Below are positions 1-10,189 of a stretch of 64,000 nucleotides of DNA, one piece after another. Position numbers and translations under genes: made by a program. Under the pieces are notes generated by a model. That model did not search any database. It was not told where the DNA came from and worked only from the letters and a program-made list of their open reading frames with translations. Position 1 is the first letter of the stretch; every line of letters begins with the position of its first letter. This DNA comes from Gemmatales bacterium (GTDB lineage: Bacteria; Planctomycetota; Planctomycetia; Gemmatales; HRBIN36): assembly GCA_041640595.1 (NCBI GenBank), contig JBEPZY010000005.1, positions 64,001 to 128,000 on the forward strand, given 5' to 3'.

Positions 1-71
1 TGGGGCTGATCGGTTTGGCATACCACTGGGTATTGTTTTTGGTGAAAAGCTGGACGGCTCGCATGCCGTAG
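1..71 (+). CDS. C-terminal fragment of a probable membrane protein entering from the left edge
   Basis: Frame from nt 3 reads GLIGLAYHWVLFLVKSWTARMP*, hydrophobic, TAG at 69-71; too short to verify. Confidence 0.3.
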   Translation, partial: GLIGLAYHWVLFLVKSWTARMP

Positions 72-154
72 CGGTGAGCAGCTTCCAAGGCTTTATGGTA
101 CCCGCCGGCGATGGACAGATGGGCACCCAGATAGGGCATGTCCGGCTCCCGAAT

Positions 155-1180
155 TCAAACCGCGTTGACTTCCTGCCCACCGTGTCGCTGCCGGGATTGC
201 AAGAGGGGACATACGCGGGCGGAGTAGGGCTGGGGCGAGCGAGTCGGGGTGCCGTTGGAGGCAGGCGACAGAACTTCCGCGGAAAGGGTCGTCATCCGAT
301 GAAATTGCTCAAGGGCTTCCGCAAGCAGATAAGGATGCGACCAGTTGGGAAAATGTCCGCTCGCGGCGAGCCGGAAGCCGATCGCATGGGGCAAACGTTG
401 CAGCAGTTCGTGCTGGCAGGATTCGGGAACGAGGGGATCGGTCTGGGAATAAGCAACCAGGACGGGGACGCGGATTTCCGGCAAGCAGGGTCGCAAATCA
501 GTCTGAGCGAGTTTGCAGGCCCAAAAAGCCCAGGCACGGAAATAGACTCGCGGCCAGCTGCCCAGCGGTTGAGGCGGAGCGAGGCGTTCCACATCACGAT
601 CGATCGCTGCCCAATTAACCACTGGCCAGCCCGCCGGGTTAGAAACGTTCGCCAGGGCTTGACGTAGCGGCCAGTGATACGGCGTCAAACACGACCACCG
701 TCTGGGAAGCAGCCGGCCGAAACGAAGGAGTTTTTTCTGCCAGAATCGGAGCGGCCGATGAGCAAATCCGCAGATGGTGACGGCTCGCTGAACGATGTGC
801 GGATAGCGGTAAGCGGTCGTCAGGGCCAGAGCTGAACCGAAAGAATGACCGATCAGCGTGGCACGCGGTAAGCCCAGCTGCTTCAGCAAACGAAGCACAT
901 CGCGGGCCAATTCCGCCAACGAATATCGCTCCAACCGGGCACCATCGCGGTGACCGTCGGGCAGATTGTAAGCGATCACGCGAAAACGGTCTTTGAGCAA
1001 GGCGGCGAGCGGAAAGAAGGCGAGGTAACTGTCAGCCAGACCATGAATGCAAACCAGAGCCGGGCCGTTACCCCAGGCGAAGTATTCTGCCTGGTAGCCG
1101 CCGAGTTCAATTCGGCCCAATTCGGCTTCGTGAACGAAAGCACGCCACCAATCCTGCCAGGGGAGTTCGGTGATCGCCAT
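155..1180 (-). CDS. Alpha/beta fold hydrolase
   Basis: HG oxyanion motif (CIHGLAD), nucleophile elbow GHSFG, D-P-L-V-P acid and C-terminal SGH. Confidence 0.9.
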   Translation of the reverse strand: MAITELPWQDWWRAFVHEAELGRIELGGYQAEYFAWGNGPALVCIHGLADSYLAFFPLAALLKDRFRVIAYNLPDGHRDGARLERYSLAELARDVLRLLKQLGLPRATLIGHSFGSALALTTAYRYPHIVQRAVTICGFAHRPLRFWQKKLLRFGRLLPRRWSCLTPYHWPLRQALANVSNPAGWPVVNWAAIDRDVERLAPPQPLGSWPRVYFRAWAFWACKLAQTDLRPCLPEIRVPVLVAYSQTDPLVPESCQHELLQRLPHAIGFRLAASGHFPNWSHPYLLAEALEQFHRMTTLSAEVLSPASNGTPTRSPQPYSARVCPLLQSRQRHGGQEVNAV

Positions 1181-1200
1181 AGTTGCCGGTCGGGTTCATC

Positions 1201-1884
1201 TCAGGGTTTCTCGCCCGGGGAGCGGGTGGGCTTCTCCGGTTCAGCGGGGAAGAGCGATTTCGTGGGCGTCGGAGGTTGCGACAAAAGTTGCCGTTTTCGC
1301 AGCATGGCATTGAAGCGGACGCTGTCCAGGAAAGCGACATTGGGGCCGCTCCGTATGCCCGCACCGACTTCGCGGCGGACAAAGTCGCACACTTCCGGGT
1401 CCTGGACACGCAGCAGGAGACTGTTGAGCTTTTTAGCGATCATGGCGGGCGGACATTTCTGCGCCAGGGGTGCTGTCCGATTCAGCGCGCGAACCAGGGC
1501 CGGTATCGCCTCAACGCCCAGGGCTTGAAACTCCTGCACCGCTTTCGGATCGGGACGCACGCCCAGGTCGTGCTGGATAAAGCGATCGATGATCGCGTCA
1601 ATACGGTCTTCCTCTTCCGGTTCGAGTTCACCAGGACGGCCTGTAAAAACGCGGCGAGGCACAGGTGTGGCAGAGGACTGAGGCGACGGTTTGGACTCCT
1701 GGTTGCCTGGCGAGCCATTGGGTGGTGCGACAGACTGGCCTGGTTTCTCGCCAGCGGTTTTTTGGGATGGAGCTGGCTGGGGAGTTGCGGGCTTGCGAGC
1801 GTCCTGGCCGGTAGCATTCACCACAAACGTAGCAGTGAGTCCCGCGACCAGGAGCAGGGTCAGTCGGCGAATCAGCGACGACAT
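1201..1884 (-). CDS. Secreted hypothetical protein (Pro-rich linker plus HEAT-like helical domain)
   Basis: N-terminal signal peptide, low-complexity linker, ALGVEAIPALVRALN HEAT-like segment; co-oriented with the hydrolase. Confidence 0.7.
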   Translation of the reverse strand: MSSLIRRLTLLLVAGLTATFVVNATGQDARKPATPQPAPSQKTAGEKPGQSVAPPNGSPGNQESKPSPQSSATPVPRRVFTGRPGELEPEEEDRIDAIIDRFIQHDLGVRPDPKAVQEFQALGVEAIPALVRALNRTAPLAQKCPPAMIAKKLNSLLLRVQDPEVCDFVRREVGAGIRSGPNVAFLDSVRFNAMLRKRQLLSQPPTPTKSLFPAEPEKPTRSPGEKP

Positions 1885-2304
1885 GGCTTTTCCCTCGACG
1901 CAAGCTGGTCGGAATTACGGTAAGCCGGTCTTCGTCACTCGCGGAGCCGGTTGCGGTTGCCATCACCGCAGCCGTCCCTAAGACCACTTTACGCAAAGAT
2001 ACCGCCGGCCGCAATACACCGGCAGGGATTATCTCGTATCGGAGACGCCAGCTTCAGGCGATCCCCTTTCGGCTTTACCGATTACGAAGACTGGGAAACC
2101 TCAGCTGAAAAAAAGCGGTCGCCGTGCTTGGCGTTCGGAAAATTCGCAGTGCCGGTGATTGCTCCTGCAGTCGGCAGGCTATAAACTAGCCAGCGGGGCA
2201 AGTACGGGGCTTGCCCTTGGCGCGAAGTACTCGGCTGGGCAACAGGCTGGCCTGCGGCGCGAGGGTCGCGGACTCGTGCCCGCTAACAAAAAGGAGATGC
2301 CACC

Positions 2305-3693
2305 ATGCGTAAGGGGACGACCCGTCGCGATTTCCTGAAACAATCGGCAATGCTGGGCGTGAGTGTCGGCTTCTGGGTCGGCACGGAGAGCGATTTGCTG
2401 GCGCAAGCGCAACCGAAATCCGCTCTCGACAAGCTGAATTTCGCCTGCATTGGTGTCGGCGGCAAAGGAACGAGCGATACCGAACAGGCAGCCCGCTTCG
2501 GCAACATCGTGGCCATTTGCGACATTGACGACCGGCCACTGGAGAAAATGGCGGCCAGGTTCCCGGAAGCCAGGAAGTATCACGATTTCCGCAAGATGCT
2601 GGACGAGCTGGCCAACAAAATTGACGCCGTCGTCATCAGCACCCCCGATCATACCCACGCGGTCGCCGCGGTGATGGCGATGCGGTTGGGTAAACACGTC
2701 TATTGCCAGAAGCCGCTCACGCATAACGTCTATGAAGCCCGGTTGCTCCGCGAAACCGCACGCAAAAACAAAGTCTGCACGCAAATGGGCAACCAGGGTA
2801 CTGCTTCGGCAACTTTGCGGCGTGGCGTCGAGATCATCCGCGCCGGCGTGATTGGACCGGTGCGCGAAGTGCACGTCTGGACGAATCGCCCCATCTGGCC
2901 GCAGGCTCCTCAGGTAACGGCGCGGCCCAAACCGGAACCGGTACCTGCGCATGTCCAGTGGGACCTTTTCCTCGGCCCGGCTCCGGAACGTCCCTACAGC
3001 TCTGCTTATCATCCGTTCAGGTGGCGTGGCTGGTGGGATTTCGGTACCGGTGCGCTCGGCGATATGGGCTGCCACACCGCCAACCTGCCGTTCATGGCTC
3101 TGAAACTCAAATATCCCATCTCCGTCGAAGCTCAGGCCGGCGATGTCAATCCGGAAACCTACCCCAGCTGGGCTCATGTCGTCTGGGAATTCCCGGCTCG
3201 TGAAGGTATGCCGCCAGTCATCTTCCACTGGTACGAAGGCAGACGCGAAGGCAAAGTGCTCCGTCCACCGCAGGAGCTGCTGCAGCGAGTTCTAGCCAGC
3301 GGCGTCAAGGATATTTCTACCAGCGGTTGCATCATGGTGGGCGACAAGGGATTGCTTTACTCGCCGAGTGATTACGGTGGCGACTGGCGACTCATTCCGC
3401 AGGAATTGCAGGCTGAAGCCAACAAAGTGCCGCAGAGTCTGCCACGCAATCAGGACGGCGGCGACACCGGGATGAAAGCCGAACTGGTCATGGCCATCCG
3501 TGACAACAAGCCGGAAATCGCCATGTCCAACTTCGATTATGCCGGGCCTCTGACCGAGTTCATCCTGCTGGGCAATGTGGCTATCAAAGCCGGCACCAAG
3601 TTGCAATGGGATGGCGAGAACTTCAAGGTCACCAACAACAGCGAAGCCAACAAGTACCTCCGCCGCGAGTACCGTAAGGGCTGGGAAATCTAA
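2305..3693 (+). CDS. Gfo/Idh/MocA family oxidoreductase with Tat signal
   Basis: TRRDFLK twin-arginine motif, IGVGGKG Rossmann motif, STPDHTH, HVYCQKPL, GDMGCH; AAGGAG RBS. Confidence 0.95.
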   Translation: MRKGTTRRDFLKQSAMLGVSVGFWVGTESDLLAQAQPKSALDKLNFACIGVGGKGTSDTEQAARFGNIVAICDIDDRPLEKMAARFPEARKYHDFRKMLDELANKIDAVVISTPDHTHAVAAVMAMRLGKHVYCQKPLTHNVYEARLLRETARKNKVCTQMGNQGTASATLRRGVEIIRAGVIGPVREVHVWTNRPIWPQAPQVTARPKPEPVPAHVQWDLFLGPAPERPYSSAYHPFRWRGWWDFGTGALGDMGCHTANLPFMALKLKYPISVEAQAGDVNPETYPSWAHVVWEFPAREGMPPVIFHWYEGRREGKVLRPPQELLQRVLASGVKDISTSGCIMVGDKGLLYSPSDYGGDWRLIPQELQAEANKVPQSLPRNQDGGDTGMKAELVMAIRDNKPEIAMSNFDYAGPLTEFILLGNVAIKAGTKLQWDGENFKVTNNSEANKYLRREYRKGWEI

Positions 3694-3701
3694 CCCGCTG
3701 G

Positions 3702-4423
3702 CACAAGAGCGGCGGGCGTCAGCCCGCCGTGGTTCGGTGAACCGAACATCGTGCAGCGAGAATCGAACATTGTGCGGCGGCTGGCGAGTGCGCAACCAAG
3801 AGCGGTGGGCGTCAGCCCGCCGTGGGTGTTGCTGGGGGAATGTTGTCCGTAATGTGCTGGAAACGCACTTGCAAGCGCGTTTGCGAAACCACCGGGGCTT
3901 ACGCCCCCCGCTCTTAGCCGTGTTACAACGACCGTCCGCCGGAATAACGACGATTTTTGCGGTGCACAAACGCATATATACAAGAGCGGCGGGTGTCAGC
4001 CCGCCGTGCCAAACGTCAGGCGGCGAGTTCCCAAACGCTGGTCGTCGCCCATCAGCGCGCCGGAATTCGGTAACGCACTTGCAATAGTGAGCGTTTTTCA
4101 CGGGACCAGTTCGTTCGCGCACTACGGCTGGCTTACGCCAGCCGCTCTTGATGGTGGGGACGGCTCTTGCTGCCGAAGTGCGTTTCCTGCTGGTGAACCG
4201 GTACGTTCGCGTTCCACGGCTGGCTTACGTCAGCCGCTCTTGATGGTGGGGACGGCTCTCGCTGCCGAAGTGCGTTTCCTGCTGGTGAACCGGTACGTTC
4301 GCACACCGCGGCTGGCTTACGCCAGCCGCTCTTGATGGTGGGGACAGCTCTTGCTGCCGAAGTGCGTTTCCTGCTGGTGAACCGGTACGTTCGCACACCG
4401 CGGCTGGCTTACGCCAGCCGCCA
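3702..4423. repeat. REP-like mosaic array 1 (hairpins GAGCGGCGGGCGTCAGCCCGCCGTGG and GAGCGGCTGGCGTAAGCCAGCCGTGG families)
   Basis: About 8 hairpin copies in both orientations; ~92-bp unit repeated about three times at 4125-4420. Confidence 0.9.
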
Positions 4424-4639
4424 CTGGGAGCGCGGGAGGTGGGGCGAAAATTTTTTCGGGTTGTGCAAGGCGCGTTGCGCCGGTAGATTAGTTGCGTCTG
4501 AGAAGGTTAGCGGTGCATCTTCGGACCTGGCCCACGGGTGAAGCGAAAAAGATGACCCAGTGCTTGAGTGCCAGGCCCGACAAGATTGGCCGGAAGTGGG
4601 AACCGGTCGAACTTTCATCACGTCAGGAGGAGACGTGCC

Positions 4640-7600
4640 ATGCGTCGCAAAACCATGTTCGCGTATGCACTGGCTCTGGCGATGGCGTGCTGGGTGAGCT
4701 ACGGCTGGTTCGACTCAGGTGGGGCGGTCGGTCAAGAGCAACCTTCTCCACCGAGAGTGCAGGAAGTTTTGCTGCAAAGCGTGGGCAATACGACGTACTT
4801 CAGCGTGCGACTCGCGGATGTTCCTGGCTGGCCGCCGGAACGTTGGGCAGAATTGAGCCGGAATCAGGTGCTGGATGTCGGCGAAAATCGGCCCCTGGTA
4901 CCGGTGAGTCTCCTGGCTGGTGCGCCGCGATTGGTGCCTCAGGATGATGTCGTGGAATCAGTTTACCTGTTGTGGCCGACCGAAGATTTGAATCGCGCCA
5001 TTCGGGAGATTGAAGGGACACAGGCACTGCCGGCGAAACCTCTGCCGAACCAGCCGGCACCAGCACCAGCGCCAGCACGCGGGCTTACTTTCGTTGGTCG
5101 GCTGCGCAAAACGGCTCCGGCGAAATTCCTGCTGGTGTACACGGCATTGCAGGAACAGAATCTGCCCCATCCGTTCCGCGACAAAGAGTCGCTGAAACTT
5201 CCCTGGCCCACGCGCCGCGAAATTCCGCTGACCGTTGACTTTAGCCAGGCAACCCGTGTAGCCCCGCCCAAAGAACCGGCCCGCCACGCTCAGGTAGAGC
5301 CGAACGATCTGGAAGGTTTGTTTGCCCTGGGTCGTGGCCAATTTTTCGCTTTGCAAGCATGGCTCACACACGAGCAGGGCACGGGATTTTACGAATTCGC
5401 CCGCATCATGAACAACCGCCGTTACGGTACGACTGTCGGTTCGCTCAACGGATTCGGACAGATACCGGGACGCGACCAGGAGCTATTGCGTCGGCAGTTC
5501 GAACTGGTCACCGGAGCGGCGGCGATTGCGGAAACTCTGCAAATTCAGAGGTTACAGGCGGCAGGCGACCCAATCAGCAAAGGGCCGCGCACGGTGGATG
5601 TGCGCAGTTTGCCCACTATAGATATCCCTGAAGTAGTCTGGGAACAGTTGCTGCGTGGTAAGGAGCCGGAAATCGAACCGCTGGCTCATCTGGTGCCCCG
5701 TGACCATTATTACGTGCACTTCAGTAATTTCGGCCGATTCCTGGAAGCGGGAGATCTGCTGGAACAATGGGGCGGCCCTATTCTGCAGGCCCTGCGGCTG
5801 GCAGGTCAGGATTACCGACTGCGTCAGAAGTACGAGCGGCAGTTGTGCCTCAAGAGCACGGCTCTGGCAAAAATCTTCGGTCCGGCAGTGGTGGAACACG
5901 TGGCCATTACCGGCAGCGACCTTTATTTCCGCGAAGGTACCGATGTGACCGTGCTGTTTCAGGTGAAGAATTTGCCGCTCTTTCTGGCGGCGGTCAACAC
6001 GCAGATCGCGGAGGCTCGCAAAGTTTACGGCGACCGGCTCCAGGAAAGCAAAGCCGAATACCAGGGCGTAGCCATCGAAAGTTTCGTCGCTCCCCGCCGC
6101 GAGGTAAGTGCCTATCGGTGTGTGCTGGATGATAAGGTGGTCGTTTACAGCAATTCGCCGGTGGCCATTCGCCGCATCATTGACACCGCGAAGAAGAAGT
6201 TACCGGCCCTGGCGGATGCTAAGGATTTCCGCTACATGCGCACCGTGTTCCGCTGGAAAGACCCGCAAGAGGATACTTTCCTGTTCTTCTCTGACACATT
6301 CCTGCGGGAACTGCTTGGGCCGGTCAAGCGCATTCAGGAAAGCCGCCGCACCGAAGCTTTGGCATCGCTGTACATGCTCCATCATGCCGCGATATACGCC
6401 GCTTGGGAAACCGGTCAATTGCCGCGCACCCATGAAGCTCTGCTTGCCCAGAGCGGACTGAAAGCCAGCGAGCTTTATCAGCCCGAGGGAAAAGAGCTGC
6501 GCTGGGATGGCGAAGCGCAAGTGGCGGTCTCCGATGTGTATAACACCATCCATTTCGCCACGCCGCTTATTGAGCTGCCTTTAGACCGCGTTACCGAGCG
6601 GGAGGCCGAGGCTTACAGGATGTTCCGCTTCAACTACATTCGCCTCTGGACAGCCGCCTTCGATCCAGTCGCTTTCCGGTTGCAGATTCGCCCGGAACGA
6701 ATCGTTGCCGAAACCTATATCCTGCCGCTTATCAACTCGCTTGATTACAGGCGATGGCGGCAGAATTTCGGCGGCAAAGTAGCCAAGTTCGACCTGAACC
6801 TGATTCCACCCGAAGGCATCCTGTACTGGCTGGTTCATTTTTCGGAAACCTCCTGGCTGCGCCAGGCTTTGCAGGACCTTGTCCGTCCTAATTTAGGCCC
6901 GAAGATACGGCTGCCTCAAGCCATCGGCGAAATTGCTTTGCTCGGCGTTCACGACGACGCTACCCTCGCCGAAATCGCTCAGGATTCCGCGTTGCGATAC
7001 CTGCTGGGCAAGTTGGATGAGGTACCCGAACACGTCTGGATCCGCCGAACTTTCAGCTTGCCGATCGTGGCGGGGTTGGAAGTGAAAAATCCCTTGATGT
7101 TCGCGGGTGTGCTGGCAGCTCTCAAAGCTCTGGTTGACCAGGCCGCCCCGCAACTGGTGACCTGGCAAATGCTGGAGCAGGATCAGCACGGCTACAAAAT
7201 CGTCGCCATTCGCCCCGTTGCGGGTTCCTGGCTGGATCAGACCATCAACCCGCCCGGTACGCCAGAAAAAGACCGTTTCACTCCCGGCATCTATTACACC
7301 ACGGTCGGCAACATGTTTTACGTCAGCCTGCGGGAAGATGTGATACGCCAGCTGATTGACCGCCATGTCGCCAAAAAGAAAGAACAAAACGGTAAACCGG
7401 AGAAACCGAACACCACCGAGGGCCACATGGTGCTCTACCTGAGCCCGGCCAACGCAAAACGACTCTGGCCGGTGGCATTGTGGGCACTGGAAACACAAAT
7501 CGCCAGCTCCGCCGTAACCAGCTCGGCTCTGCTTTATCCGCTTTGGCGAGCCCGCATTGTCCCGGCAGATGCTCGCCATCCGCAGCTGGGCGATGTTGCT

Positions 7601-7852
7601 TACCGTTTGTACGGATTTGCACCGGTGAGTCCGGACGGCACTAACTTCGTGTACAACGCCAGCACCGACCAGGTCACCAGCGAACGCCACGGAGCGATAA
7701 CCGAGCCGTGGTTCCCACGCCAGCCGGCGACAGATTGCCCGGCCGGGCAGTTGCTGCAATCGTTACGGAGCTTGCGAGCTGAACTCCAGTTCCGCGAAGA
7801 CGGTGCCTTCACCGTGCTCACTATCGAGCGGCAGGCACCAGCCGGACGATAA
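4640..7852 (+). CDS. Large exported hypothetical protein (~1070 aa)
   Basis: AGGAGG RBS before ATG 4640, signal peptide MRRKTMFAYALALAMACW, long uninterrupted ORF. Confidence 0.85.
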   Translation: MRRKTMFAYALALAMACWVSYGWFDSGGAVGQEQPSPPRVQEVLLQSVGNTTYFSVRLADVPGWPPERWAELSRNQVLDVGENRPLVPVSLLAGAPRLVPQDDVVESVYLLWPTEDLNRAIREIEGTQALPAKPLPNQPAPAPAPARGLTFVGRLRKTAPAKFLLVYTALQEQNLPHPFRDKESLKLPWPTRREIPLTVDFSQATRVAPPKEPARHAQVEPNDLEGLFALGRGQFFALQAWLTHEQGTGFYEFARIMNNRRYGTTVGSLNGFGQIPGRDQELLRRQFELVTGAAAIAETLQIQRLQAAGDPISKGPRTVDVRSLPTIDIPEVVWEQLLRGKEPEIEPLAHLVPRDHYYVHFSNFGRFLEAGDLLEQWGGPILQALRLAGQDYRLRQKYERQLCLKSTALAKIFGPAVVEHVAITGSDLYFREGTDVTVLFQVKNLPLFLAAVNTQIAEARKVYGDRLQESKAEYQGVAIESFVAPRREVSAYRCVLDDKVVVYSNSPVAIRRIIDTAKKKLPALADAKDFRYMRTVFRWKDPQEDTFLFFSDTFLRELLGPVKRIQESRRTEALASLYMLHHAAIYAAWETGQLPRTHEALLAQSGLKASELYQPEGKELRWDGEAQVAVSDVYNTIHFATPLIELPLDRVTEREAEAYRMFRFNYIRLWTAAFDPVAFRLQIRPERIVAETYILPLINSLDYRRWRQNFGGKVAKFDLNLIPPEGILYWLVHFSETSWLRQALQDLVRPNLGPKIRLPQAIGEIALLGVHDDATLAEIAQDSALRYLLGKLDEVPEHVWIRRTFSLPIVAGLEVKNPLMFAGVLAALKALVDQAAPQLVTWQMLEQDQHGYKIVAIRPVAGSWLDQTINPPGTPEKDRFTPGIYYTTVGNMFYVSLREDVIRQLIDRHVAKKKEQNGKPEKPNTTEGHMVLYLSPANAKRLWPVALWALETQIASSAVTSSALLYPLWRARIVPADARHPQLGDVAYRLYGFAPVSPDGTNFVYNASTDQVTSERHGAITEPWFPRQPATDCPAGQLLQSLRSLRAELQFREDGAFTVLTIERQAPAGR

Positions 7853-8099
7853 TCTGCTCTGGCAATTTCCAGCCGGTCTGCTAGGATACCGCCAGCAGCA
7901 AGCGACGGCCGACACGCTCACGGTCGCCATACTCGGCGGGGCGGATGACTTCCCGCCGGGCGACCGGCAACGGTCATCGGCAGTAACAACCATCCGCGAA
8001 AACCAGCCGGAGCACCCGCTCTGTGTGCCCGTACCGGAAACTGACCGGTGGAGCCAATCGAACTTCCGGACTATTTTCCGCGATTTACTGGAGACAACC

Positions 8100-8474
8100 A
8101 TGGAAGAAAAAAGCCCAGCCCAGCCCGCGGCCAGCGCAGCCTCGACAGGAAGCCAGCAGCCCTTGCGCGAATTTCCCGTGGATGCCAGCCAGCTTACCAC
8201 GGTGTATGCGAATTTCGCTCGCGTTACCGGAACGCCCGAGGAACTGGTACTGGATTTCGGCCTCAACACGCAGGCGAGTCCTACTCCGAACGAACCGGTG
8301 AAACTGACCCATCGCGTGGTGATGAGTTTTTACACCGCCAAACGTCTTCTTTTCGCCCTGCAGATGGCAGTTACCCAGCACGAACAGGTGTACGGCTACG
8401 TGGAAACGGATGTGCAGAAGCGCATGCGCATCCAGCCCCGTCCACCGGCCACTTCACCGTCCGGCGACCGCTGA
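8100..8474 (+). CDS. DUF3467 family protein
   Basis: VYANFARVTGTPEELVLDFG and RVVMSFYTAKRL motifs; GGAG RBS before ATG 8100. Confidence 0.85.
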   Translation: MEEKSPAQPAASAASTGSQQPLREFPVDASQLTTVYANFARVTGTPEELVLDFGLNTQASPTPNEPVKLTHRVVMSFYTAKRLLFALQMAVTQHEQVYGYVETDVQKRMRIQPRPPATSPSGDR

Positions 8475-8790
8475 GGCAAGTTACTTGCCCATCTACGCAT
8501 CCATAAAAACCGTCCGCCGACCGCTTCACCGTCCTGCGACCGCTATCGCTTCGCCGTTACGGAACTGCCTGCCGGCTTGCTCTCCGCTGCTGTCAATACG
8601 CCTGCAAGAGCTGCAACCAACTCCGTAGTTATGAACTCCCTGCAACCTCGCTTTCCGCTCCTGCGGCTTGGTAGATCGTTCTCCCACCATTGACTTGTCC
8701 CGTTACGAACCCGCTGCGCTCGTTGCGTCGCTTCCGATAGAGCTTCGCTGCCGCACTAACGTGCCACCGTTACGAACCCGCTGCGGGTTT
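8438..8790. repeat. Degenerate ~70-bp-period tandem array starting inside the 3' end of the DUF3467 gene
   Basis: 35-bp duplication 8438-8472 / 8510-8544 (31/35 identical); GTTAYG(G)AAC..CTGC core at 8556, 8628, 8702, 8769. Confidence 0.6.
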
Positions 8791-8869
8791 GCTGTACCCG
8801 TAACCCAGCGCATTGGACTCACCCCAATGCGTTGAGTAACGCTAAGAGTTGTCGCGAAATTCCGTCCAA

Positions 8870-9885
8870 CGCCGAACAACAGCGCACATCCGTCGCGAAA
8901 CCAGGAGCGGCTGGCGTAAGCCGGCCGTGGGAAACACTGGCATGCTCGCCGGTGAGAAACGCATATCTGCAACAACACTCGCACATGCAGCTAAGAGCGG
9001 CTGGCGTGAGCCAGCCGTGGTGCGGGAAGCGAAAGTGCGGTGCGAAACGTAATCACTCCGCAAAAAACGATCGCCGTTGCAAGCGCGAATCGGAACCACG
9101 GCGGGCTAACGCCCGCCGCTCCTGATTTTGTGTTCGCTAGCCGCTGGAAAATGTTCGATTCTCGCAGCACAGCGTCCGGCTCACCGACCCACGGCGGGCT
9201 AACGCCCGCCGCTTTTGTGCATGTGCGTTTCTGCATCGCGAAAATCGTTTTTTCACCGGCAAACGTTCGCTCTGCACCAAGAGCGGGGGGCGTAAGCCCC
9301 CCGTGGTTTCGCAAACGCGCTTGCAAGTGCGTTTCCAGCACATTACGGACTACGTTCCCCCAGGCACCCCCGGCGGGCTGACGCCCGCCGCTCCTGGTTG
9401 TGCATTCGCCAGCCGCCGGACAATGTTCGATTCTCGCGGCACGGCGTGCGGTTCACCGAACCACGGCGGGCTGACCCCCGCCGCTCTTGCGAACGTGCGT
9501 TTGTGCATCGCAAATGGAGCTTTATGCAGCGAACGAACGTCGTGCACCAGGAGCGGCTGGCGTAAGCCAGCCGTGGGAAACACTGGCATGCTCGGCGGTG
9601 AGAAACGAATATCTGCAACAACACTCGCACATGCAGCTAAGAGCGGCTGGCGTAAGCCAGCCGTGGTTAGCGAACCGCGTTTGCAAAAGCGAAATCGCGA
9701 CTCGCGGGTTACGACGACCGGTCGCTTCAACGAAACGCCGTTGCAAGTGTGTTACCGAACCACGGCGGGCTGACACCCGCCGCTCTTGGTTGTGCATTCG
9801 CCAGCCGCCGGACAATGTTCGATTGTCGCGGCACAGCGGTCGGTTTACCGAACCACGGCGGGCTGACACTCGTCGCTCTTGCGAA
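8870..9885. repeat. REP-like mosaic array 2
   Basis: About 11 copies of the two hairpin types in alternating orientation with reused spacers. Confidence 0.9.
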
Positions 9886-10189
9886 GAAGGGCAGAAGCGT
9901 TGCCTCGGCCGCCTCCGTTGCATGAAGGCCAACCATTCTGACCGGAGTTCCAGGCACTTTCGGGTCTTGAATCTGTACCAGGTCTATCGCAAGCCGCGAC
10001 GGTTGCACTGGTACAACTCGCCTGGAGAATTTTTGCTGTCACATTTTCCCGCTCATTCCGCGTTTATTACTAGGAAGGCCAGTCAGGCCTCGAAGGTAAA
10101 CAAAGGAGATACTCATGTCCAGAACTGCTTTAGAAGGTATCACGAAGAGGGCCAGGAATTCGACTGCCACTAACAATAAGGAGCTTAAC

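Noticed and set aside
8703..10173. ORFs with HGGLTPAA / TAGLRQPLL / PRLAYASRS repeats (also 3575-4541, 11419-12015, 35216-36053, 51041-52540, 55722-56433)
   Set aside because: They are translations of the REP hairpins, open in many frames on both strands, with no RBS or domain signal
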